Below are positions 54,245-64,000 of a stretch of DNA of 64,000 nt, one piece after another (the stretch's first letter is position 1; each line of letters opens with the position of its first letter). The translations under genes were made by a program, and so were the position numbers. The stretch comes from Perkinsus chesapeaki ATCC PRA-425. Its lineage: Eukaryota; Protista; Perkinsozoa. Location of the stretch: NCBI GenBank assembly GCA_013115145.1, contig JAAPAO010000103.1:12265-76264 (forward strand), given 5' to 3'. The notes beneath the pieces are model-generated. The model searched no databases and was not told the DNA's origin. It saw only the letters and a program-made list of their open reading frames with translations.

Positions 54245-57020
54245 ATTATATACTTTAATTATTACTTTATTAATAATGATCATATTATTTTTATTATTTA
54301 TCATACTACGTCTAATAATATAAATTATATTACATTATTATTACTATTACTACCCATAATAAACTATCTTATTTCCTGCATTTAAAGCATTCTTCGTTAT
54401 TATACTCTGATAATAATAATCTATATTATATATTTTTAATTATTATTACCCCTTTATTAATTATTGAATTTCTAATATTTCCAACTTTTACAGCTTCTTT
54501 TAATCGTTTTTTATATTTAATACGATATAATAACCATATTGTTGATATAAATAATAATAATATTAATATTATAAATGGACCAATACTACCATATGGTATA
54601 CCATCTATACCATCTATATAATCATAATCATATTAATAATAATTAATCTACTACTATTATAACAACTCGTTATTACCTTTAATTCTATCTCCTACTAGTC
54701 CACTAACTTTAACCCAACACTCTTCATAAGGTCTGCTACTACCGCTGCTGCTGCTGTGTAAATTCACCACTGTATCACTATTATTATTCTGTATCTTAAA
54801 AATATATTACACAATGATAATAATAATATGTTATATCAGACATCATTATTACAACAGTATTTATTATAATATTATTATTGTCATATATATTATTAGTATT
54901 ATTATCTTCTCCATCAATCCACAGCCAACCTTCTACTGCTGGTTTACTCCTATTTATTTACTCCTATATATCCTCTTATTACTACCTCTATTACCTTTTA
55001 TTAGTATATATTATACAAACCTTACCAGTCCATGGTATCCAGTTGAATCCAATACATGATATATCATTAATACATACATTTTTACATTTATCATAATCCA
55101 TATTATATTCATTATTATTACTTTTATAATATCTAATTAATATATAACTATTATTATATTATTATTACTAGTACCCAGATGGTATATGATTATTATCATG
55201 TGCACAGGTACCATAACCGATCATTTCAAATCCAGCAGCAGGCCTAGGCAGCAATAATAATAATAATTAATATATAATTTAATATTATTACTTATCTTGT
55301 ATTATATCATTTATTGAAACACACTTACCTTCGATACAACTCCCGCCGCCGCCGCCCTCACCATTACCACATAATGAAGCATCATCTTTAATATTATATA
55401 TACATTCCCCTATATGATGTATAAATATATATTATTATTATTATTACTACCATCATTAGGATTACATATACCATTATTATCATAACATTCAGAAGGTGGC
55501 GAATTACATATTATATTATTAACCTAATAGATAAAAACATAATAATAATATCTTGTTATTATTATTACATTGCATATATTAGCAAAAGTGCCAGTACATA
55601 GACCATCTATACATATATCATTAATAGTATTACTACGACCATCATCACATATTGAACCAGTAACTTTACGAGGATATCTGAATATATGCTATTATATGTC
55701 ATACTCATGATGCTGCTGCTTGTTGTTATTACATACAATCTCCAGTAGTTGGTATACATGTTCCTGGTAATAAACATGGATTTGGTGGATTACATTTAAT
55801 ATTATATTTTATACATAAATCAATATTACCAATACCTATATAATATATTATTATATATTATATTATTATACATTATTACATTCACCATTGATACATGTAT
55901 CATTAATAGTATATAATAACCCATCATTACATTTAGTTCCTTCAGGTTGTTTATTAAATAAACATTCACCAGTCTCCCAATCACATGTGCCATCCTAACA
56001 ACCATAACAATTATAACAATAATAATATATATTAACAATACTAATGAGTAACATTCGTTTGGTCTATTACACACAATATCTCGTACAATACATTGATTAA
56101 TAGGACATCTAATAATAAAATATATTATTATTATATAATTATTATCTATACCTCTTATATGCGTTACATATACCATTATCACCACATAATGCTGCAGTTG
56201 TTGGAGAATATGATGATAATATATCATTACAGGTCCCCAATGATGATATATCTATACTATAATGGATCTATATTATAATATTATCATCATCATTACCTCC
56301 TCCTCCTGATGATGATGTTGTTGATGATTGTTGTTTAACTGTACTACCATAACATTCATATCTTATAGTTCCTTTTACTTTATAACATCTAAGGATATAC
56401 ATAATAATAATTAATATTAATACTATTACTACTACTACCTGCATGGATAGTAATTACCACAATTATTCATACAATATTGAGCAGTATTAGTTAAACAGAA
56501 TAATGGATCCATACTACATGCTTCATTACATATATCATTAAATGTAATCTATAAATAATAATACATAATCTATTATTAATAATATATATTACTCTAACAC
56601 TATTACATGTATTCTCTGTTAATGATGGATTATCCAATAGTGATAAACTAATGATAACTATTATTATTATATATCTATATATATATTACCTATTTATACA
56701 TGCTAATTTAATATTATCAGCCATACTGGTACAATTATTACAATCATTAAAACATGATGCTGCTACCATATCCGCCCATAAACCTATTACCCTTATTAAT
56801 GTATTATTACAACAACTATTACTACTACCACAATCATTATTATATCCAATTAATGCTTTAGTATTAACTTGACATAATATACTAGCTTCAACCTAAGATA
56901 TGCTATTTATACATAATATATGTATAATACCTTAAGTGATGTACAACAATCTTCACATCTAGTATCATTTTGACCATTAACCCGATATAACCCGATAACA
57001 GAGATCAGAGACAACATCAT
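54245..57020 (-). CDS. Cys-rich type I membrane protein with CxDG..T.ND.C..G.C repeats and a possible PAN/apple-like module
   Basis: Signal peptide MMLSLISVIGLYRVNG; GTKCNDGLLYTINDTCINGEC, GSICDDGRSNTINDICIDGLCTG, CKNVCINDISCIGF; TM GPFIILILLLFISTIWLLY followed by RIKYKKR. 3' end approximate. Confidence 0.7.
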
Positions 57021-57146
57021 GATGATGAAGTAAACAAGATGCTGGGCGAGCGCGGATAATATTTAAGCGGAGCGAAGCAATAATAATTAGGGTTGCGTTG
57101 GTCGTTGGTCGTAGTATATCCCTTGCCTACTTTAATCGTCGTTTGC
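57021..57146. promoter_or_regulatory. Divergent junction 4 carrying both shared motifs (57042-57053 and 57066-57078)
   Basis: ctgggcgagcgc and agcggagcgaagc are exact reverse complements of words in junctions 2 and 1. Confidence 0.55.
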
Positions 57147-58089
57147 ATGATGATGATGGTGATCTGTTATTTATTATTACCATTATTAAGCTATGGTGAT
57201 GAGTGGGCTATGTTAGATGATTCAATATCTTATGATAAAGAAGTATTAGATTTTAATTGTGATTATTTTAGTGATGACTATGATAAATTAAATAATAATG
57301 GTTGGAGAGCTGGTAAAGCTGCCTGCATCGCTAATAAAGATAATATGGATCCAGATGTTCATCAAAGTATTATTGATATGACTGAGAATGGTATATTAGA
57401 TGATATGTATAATGATATATCTAAACATACTAGTAAAACGTTATGTTGGCGTAAAGGTGGTATTAATTGTAATAATAATAATAATGCTTTAAAGCATGAA
57501 TGCGGTCCTGGTGCATGTAGTAAAGATCTATTATCATGTATTAGTAATATTGGTATAATGTCAACTGGTGTATTAAGACATATACTTAATAAAGTTGCTA
57601 GAGAGACTAATAATAATAATCTACGTAATACGTTGTTGAGAGTTGCTGATGGGATTAAAACAGCAAGTCAAATGGCTAAAATGGTTACAGGTAATATTAA
57701 GTATTAATATATATTATTGTTATTATTCAGATAAAGTAAGAGAATATAAACTTGATAAACCAGAAACAGATAAAGCTATAATAGCTGGTTTATGTTTATC
57801 ATTATTTGAAGAATCTTTAACAATGGGTTTACAATTTAGTGGCGGTACAAGTGATAAAAGATTGATGGAAATGGCTGAAGAAGAAGGTAAAGAAGCCTAT
57901 TCTACTATGATTGATAAATTACTTAATTTGCCAAGTAAATATATGGGCGATGATGGTATACCTATTGGTAATGGTTTAAGATTATTAACAGGTGTATCAT
58001 ATATGGCATTACGTAAAAAGGGTTTATCACGCCATGTTGATTTTATTATGAAATTGGTTAAAGTGTTTGATTATCCAATATGCCAATAA
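57147..58089 (+). CDS. Secreted Cys-containing hypothetical protein, 2 exons
   Basis: Signal peptide MMMMVICYLLLPLLSYG; two long non-repetitive ORFs joined by one phase-1 intron (...KMVT/DKVREY...YPICQ*). Confidence 0.75.
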
Positions 58090-58235
58090 TAATATTATCG
58101 TCATATTGTACATGTTCTTATTGTTAATAATAATAGTGTTCTTGTTAATAACGCACATGTTATTGTTGTCTTATATAATAATATTATTATTGTGTTGTTA
58201 GTAATTATTATTAATTTGTAATAGTTGATAATAAT

Positions 58236-58598
58236 ATGAAAAATGATGATGAATATCCATTTACCATTATTCATGCTTCAACTGTTTGTGATTTAATAAC
58301 AAACCAACCAGATGATGATGATGAAGATATATACATGGAGGCTGCTGCTGATATTAATAATATTGAGACATTTGGATATACAAAGATGTTATATAATAAT
58401 AATCATGACAATGATAACAAGAATTCATCAAATAATATATCCATACAAGAAGCAGGAGCAATGAGGCGGCGGCCGCTTTATCCACCTGGTATAATGAATA
58501 TAACCATGAAAGGGTATGATATAATACATAATACTAATGGTAATACACCACCAATACAAGAAGAACAACAACTCTTACTGTTAATTATTATTGGATAG
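58236..58598 (+). CDS. Possible hypothetical protein or exon
   Basis: 120-aa ATG ORF with partly complex sequence; no family recognised; may continue to about 58.7 kb. Confidence 0.3.
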   Translation: MKNDDEYPFTIIHASTVCDLITNQPDDDDEDIYMEAAADINNIETFGYTKMLYNNNHDNDNKNSSNNISIQEAGAMRRRPLYPPGIMNITMKGYDIIHNTNGNTPPIQEEQQLLLLIIIG

Positions 58599-58912
58599 GA
58601 TGTATCAATAATATGATGATTACATCAACATATAGAGGTCTACCTATACCGTTAACTAAATATTATAAAACGAAGATAATAAAAGAATGGAAGAACTTCC
58701 TTAGAATGGATAATAATTATGGTAATAATAATATACAGCAACAGCAGTAGCAGCAGGGCGGTGGTGCTGGTGGTGACGACGACGACCACGAGGTAAAGAA
58801 TATATATACTGATTTTCGGTGGAGGACCTGGGATACTTCGATGGGATCATGTGCGTCCTCCTCTTTCGAAAGCGAAGTTGATTCTTCTTTTGCTCTTGTT
58901 GATACAATTATC

Positions 58913-59328
58913 TTAGTATTGGTAAACGGACCATGATGATACCTTGTATCATTCGATGAGGAGGTTGGTCAGAAATTAATGAAACTTTGTAACTACTCCA
59001 AAAGTTGAATGGTACCCAGTTAGAGCCTTCTCAATGGGTGGTAGTACATACTCATCCTCAGCATCTCTCCTCAGGGCTGCTGCCGAGTAGGAGGGGGTAT
59101 AGCTCTGAGGCTAGGTCTGATGACATTGGTCTCATCCATTCTAACTCCAGCTTCTTGCCTCAACCATAATGCCACCATAATGTGTTGGAAAAGTGAAGGC
59201 TATAAAGACCCGCTTTCGAACGCTGCCAAAGACCGTACGTGTAAAAGTCTAAAAGCATCACATTTGTTGTTGGGTCGGGCACCACCACCACCCCGCTCCT
59301 GCTCCTGCTCCTGCTGTTGCTGCTGCTG
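58913..59328 (-). CDS. Cryptic spliced gene fragment in a GC-richer island
   Basis: Two phase-0 GT-AG introns (59200-59238, 39 nt; 59111-59145, 35 nt) each remove an in-frame TAG, giving ARPNNKCDAFRLLH/PSLFQHIMVALWLRQEAG/PQSYTPSYSAAALRRDAEDEYVLPPIEKALTGYHSTFG. 5' exons not resolved. Confidence 0.45.
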
Positions 59329-59878
59329 CTATTGCTTTTGGTGTATTAGGTAATAGCGGCGGTATATCATTGAATAAGTCAAGGGGTGATAATAATAATG
59401 ATAAAGGATGGATTACAGAGGGAGAAATGGATATAATAATGAAATCACAGTTGAATCAGATGGTAGTAGTAAGCAGCAGCACAAACCAGCAGCATTAACA
59501 TCAACATAACACATATAAAAATGTATATACATGCGGTAGTAGTAATAACAAGTCATATAACATAGAGTTTAATCAACCTCATTCATCATTGTCAGTTAAT
59601 CATAATCATCATCATCATCCTACGGTATAAATGATGAGCAGCCACTCAGAGAGACTGTGGTGTCATTTTCGATGGAGTCGTAATATTTGGTGAAAATGCC
59701 AAAAATCCCGCTTCCACAAAATTATATCACACATTGCAGCTTGACTTAAATCCATACGGGAGACTTGAGAATGAGCTTGATTAAACTATATGTTATTACT
59801 ACTAGCACATGTATATACGCTATACCTATATGTGTTATAATGATGATGTTAATGCAATGAATACTATTAATTCATTAG

Positions 59879-61143
59879 GTAGAGGTAGACAATGGTGTAC
59901 AAGATAATAAAGGTAAATTTATATTCAATGGTAATAATAATAATATATATTCACATGATAAATAATAGATAATATCTCAACAACAACAACAGCAGCAGCA
60001 GCAGCTGTAGGATATTCATATAAAGGTGGTATGGTATTAGGTAATAAAATATATTCAAGTGTTCAACATCCAAGGTGGTAGTAGTAATAATTATAATTAT
60101 TATTATTAATTACTATATAGACATAACGTCGATATTAATACTATATTATATAATAGAGAACTGATGATTAGATTGAAGGACCCTAGATTAATAATAGAAA
60201 ATAGTATGATACATATAATGGTAATATATGGCGGGACGGCGGCGGCGGCGGCGGTGATGGTCTTGTTGCTGCTGCTGGTGCTGCTGGTCTTGTTGTTACT
60301 TCATGCTGATGGCTATAGTAGGATATAAATATATGTGATTATACATTATCAACATTACATCCAACATTAGCAATAGATAAGATAATATATCATTTAGATA
60401 AAAGGTAGTAGTGATAATAATAATACTATTATAATACAGTACACTAACCAATAACTATTTACAGGGTTAATATATTAAAATGTGTAATGAATGATTTATA
60501 TATTAAGAATAATTATTATGATGATGATGATGATCATACAAGACAAGGAGAAGAAGGAATACCAGCAATAATAGGTATAATTAATAATTATAGAAAAGGA
60601 AGGTAATAATAGTGTTATGATTAATAATGATAAGTTATTAATATTATTAGACAATTAATATTACGCTTATTACATTTATTAAGTTATGTTATATTACCAC
60701 CTGGTCATCATAATAATAATGACTATGATGACGAATGTAATGTTGTTGTTATTATTATTATTATCAATAGTCTTATTCAGTTATTAATAATAAGATTAAA
60801 CAAGAACATCGTGTAGGATTTATACTGTCAACTTTACCAGGTAGTAGTAGTATTATTATTAAGATGATAGTAGTAGTAATAGTTGATAGTTGTATTAATA
60901 TTATTAGATAATATTAGATGGGGTCATCAAATAAAGGATTGTTATAATATGATAATAATATTATATAATACATTATTAAATAAAGATAAGAAGAAAGAGG
61001 AGGAGGAGAAGGAGGAGGAGGAGGAGGATTATAATATAATTAATTATGACTATTCAGTAATAGATAATACCACATCGATGGTATCAAGTATAATAAACAA
61101 ACTAACAACAAGAACAACAACAAGAATAAAAGAAGGAGAATAA
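59879..61143 (+). CDS. Hypothetical multi-exon protein, start not resolved
   Basis: GT-AG-bounded exons such as HNVDINTILYNRELMIRLKDPRLIIENSMIHIM and QLILRLLHLLSYVILPP; stop at 61143. Confidence 0.45.
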
Positions 61144-61289
61144 TAATAATGATCATGTTGTTCGTTGTTGTTGTTATTATGATAATAAATATTAGTATGA
61201 TATTATTAATGTAATATACTGCTTTTTTGCAGTCAACGAAGTAGTCTTGTTATATGTAACAATCATCATCATGTTATACATGTGCATGT

Positions 61290-62190
61290 AGTGCATCAGC
61301 CCTTCTCTGCCCCCTTTGACCAGTCAGCAGCAGCAGTAGCAGTAGCAGGAGAGTGCCGCCAGTATAGGAGTATGGCCGCCGCTGCACCTTAAGCTTAAGG
61401 CTGAGCAGCAGCCTTGAATGAGCCAGTGGCTGGTATGTTAAACCCGAAATCGAGAAGGCGTGCCCCCAGACCCAGACCCCCTCCTAGGATCAAATACCGA
61501 GGCATACCAAGCGAGGCATGTTGCATTAGGGCCTAGTGGCCATGACTAGGCATACCCATTATACCGTTGATCTTGGGCAGCAGCAGCAGCCACGTTCGTA
61601 TTCTGAGGAGGACTGTCGTCGTCTAGTTTCCCTCATCTTCAATGAGTGGCGAGTGGCGGATCTCCACCGCCATTCTTGTTCCTCTTTAAACTTGCATCAT
61701 CGAACCTTCTGGGAATTCCTACTCGTGTTGTTTCCTTGGTCAATCTGCTGCTTCTGCTGTCTCCTACCCTCGCAAGGGTGTCTGCTCCGCCTATCGCCAT
61801 TATGGACCTCCACCCACTGGATGACAATGCTCTCACACAAGAACAACAACGCAGATGTGCGTATGAGTTGTCATTTACGAGTGTCGTCGTTAATTACGGA
61901 CCTGTTAGTGGCGCCACCGCCGCTTATCGGATAGCTAACGGTTGGGAGTATAACGCTATACAAGAGTGTTACCGCTTTGTCTTATCGTATCATCATAGTG
62001 TTCATGTTGTCTCGGATGATGATGCATGCCACCAGCATTTTCAACCCCTGCACCACCTTGCATGACCATTGTTGCGTATGTAAACCATGTAACCTGTTCT
62101 GCCATGCTGTCCTATGCAGTATCCGCCGGCACAAGTTCTACTGTGCCTGACCCGACTCGTCCGATCAGGTAGGCCCCTTGTTGATTAACC
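61290..62190 (+). other. GC-rich island (about 50% by eye) with overlapping ORFs 61536-61934 and 61646-62065 and several palindromes
   Basis: Sharp compositional contrast with flanks; perfect palindrome ccttaagcttaagg at 61387-61400; inverted repeat cctagt/actagg at 61532-61550. Confidence 0.6.
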
Positions 62191-62267
62191 CATATCATCA
62201 TCATCATTATATGTGTCATCATATCTATCATTATTTTCATAATCATCAGTCATGTGAAGTATATTGT

Positions 62268-62541
62268 AATATTAAATGTTATTATCTGCATCAAAAAATA
62301 TATGTTAAATACTCCACAGTCCATTATTATTAGTATTATTAATATTAAATGTTATTATCTGCATCAAAAAATATATGTTAAATACTCCACAGTCCATTAT
62401 TATTAGTATTATTNNNNNNNNNNNNNNNNNNNNNNNNNNNNNNNNNNNNNNNNNNNNNNNNNNNNNNNNNNNNNNNNNNNNNNNNNNNNNNNNNNNNNNN
62501 NNNNNNNNNNATTAATATTAAATGTTATTATCTGCATCAAA
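62268..62541 (+). repeat. 73-bp tandem repeat (two full copies plus a partial copy) spanning an assembly gap (N 62414-62510)
   Basis: Identical units start at 62268 and 62341; the unit start aatattaaatgttattatctgcatcaaa resumes at 62514. Confidence 0.92.
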
Positions 62542-63433
62542 TATATTTAGTAGCAGTAATGATGATGATGAGAGAAAGCAAGATAGTAATGATAATAATA
62601 ATAGAGCTTTAGTTGTTAATTATAATAATACTACTAATAAGTAAGGTATATAAATTAATAAGTTATTATTGATATTCATTATAGGCAAGATGATAATAAT
62701 AATGATGCTGATAATGATAATATAATAGGAAGCGTGGATACTCTTAGGGTAATATTAATAACAACAACAGCAGCAACAACAACAACAGCAGCAGTTATTT
62801 ATATTATAATTAGGATAAATTAAATAAAGGAAAACATCGTATATTACAAAGACAACAAGTAGGGGGTAGTAGTAGTAAAACCAGCAGCAGCAGCGTCAGC
62901 AGCAGCATGATCAACATCATACCAACAACAACAACAACAACTACGAGAAGTATTACCATTGAGCATAATAACAATAATAAAGTAGTATGTTAATGTTGTT
63001 GTTGTTGTTGTTGTTGTTGGTGTAGCAGTAGTTGTGGTAATAGTAGTTGAATAATCCTTAAACGTTGTTTACCTTGATCATAACCGATAGTAAATTAGTT
63101 TATATATAACATATATGTACCATGTATATATCTGAAATATATTATGACATTTACATTAACGAACAACAACAATAATAATAATAATCTCTCTTTAATTCAC
63201 AACTTTTATTGCTCTTCAATTATACATATATTCTGCTGCTGCTGCTGCTGCTGCTTATAGTAAAACATGATGATATTCAACAAAGTTAGCATCACATGTT
63301 GTTGTTGTGGTGGTGGTGGTGGACGACGGGGTCGACGACAGTAGTGGTAGCAGCAGGAACAGGAGCATGCAGGAGCATTGTTGTTGTTGTTAATTATTAT
63401 TATTATTATTATTCATGACAGATTAAAGAGTCA

Positions 63434-63926
63434 TTGTATAATGATGATGAGAATATAGTATACAAAGATGTTAGTAATAATAATAATAAAGATAATGATG
63501 AATATAAGGATACTAATATTGAATATGATAATATTATTGATATGTTAAAAGTAGTAGTAATAGTATTATTATACAACTATAATTGTATATCTACATATTA
63601 CAGGAAGCTGGTATAGTACCAATATATAAAGAAGATGATAATACTGCTGCTGTTGCTGGTGCTGGTGCTGGTGCTGCTGCTGCTGGTGCTGCTGCTGCTG
63701 GTGCTGGTGCTGCTGCTGGTGCTGGTGTAATTTGTAGGATAGATAATAATAACAAGAAACAACAAGAACAAGATACTACTACTAGTAGTAGTATGGCAGC
63801 AACTACTAATTTAATAACATCATCATCATCATCATCATCATGCCAACACCACCACCGCCACACCTCCACACTTACGTCTAATACCAGAATAATTAAAACT
63901 TTTGATGAGGTAGTACTAGTAGGAGC

Positions 63927-63930
<4 letters not shown>
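63434..63930 (+). CDS. 3' exons of a low-complexity (Ala/Gly, Asn, Ser-rich) hypothetical protein
   Basis: Intron 63551-63603 joins ...IIDMLK to EAGIVPIYK...; more probable exons lie at 62.5-63.0 kb. Confidence 0.35.

Positions 63931-64000
<70 letters not shown>
63928..64000 (+). repeat. Perfect (TAA)n microsatellite running off the window edge
   Basis: Directly visible; begins at the stop codon of the preceding ORF. Confidence 0.95.

Noticed and set aside
62268-62541. CRISPR-like array
   Set aside because: Units are contiguous with no spacers, the context is eukaryotic, and there are no cas genes.
63928-64000. Telomeric repeat
   Set aside because: (TAA)n is the commonest microsatellite in this window and lacks the G-rich telomere pattern.
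548-64000. Stop-codon reassignment as the explanation for fragmented ORFs
   Set aside because: Conserved genes (SmD2, EMC6, GPATCH1, PUS7) splice cleanly with GT-AG introns and end at TAA, and other gene models end at TAG or TGA; long intronless ORFs have no internal stops.

Overview
Eukaryotic, very AT-rich, gene-dense window with about 26 protein-coding genes. Most have many short GT-AG introns (mostly about 35-70 nt, gtaat...ttag), and both exons and introns are saturated with trinucleotide microsatellites, so most short ORFs in the supplied track are exon fragments, intron read-throughs or antisense shadows. Gene style (sugar-porter N-termini GFTGPTIDTMRNT, tiny introns, tight spacing) suggests a Perkinsus-like alveolate; this is inference, not a database result. 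Recognisable genes by hand-splicing: three tandem intronless MFS sugar porters, SEL1L/HRD3, EMC6, an RNI-like LRR protein, CD2BP2/LIN1, three tandem START-domain genes, a second LRR protein, GPATCH1, a furin-like Cys-rich protein, an RRM protein, P5A-ATPase, PUS7, SmD2, an RPAP3-like TPR protein, an EH-domain protein, STIMATE/TMEM110, and several secreted or type I membrane proteins. Best second-look items: (1) four divergent gene junctions of similar size (126-159 nt), three of which are linked by exact shared GC-rich 12-13-mers; (2) one exon almost identical in three otherwise diverged START paralogues; (3) a tRNA-Glu-like relic inside one START intron; (4) a foreign-looking insertion of about 340 nt in an intron at 45.3-45.7 kb; (5) GC-richer islands at 58.8-59.8 kb and 61.3-62.2 kb, the second next to an assembly gap. 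No rRNA, intact tRNA, CRISPR array or transposase was seen. Gene coordinates are start-to-stop spans including introns, derived by eye.
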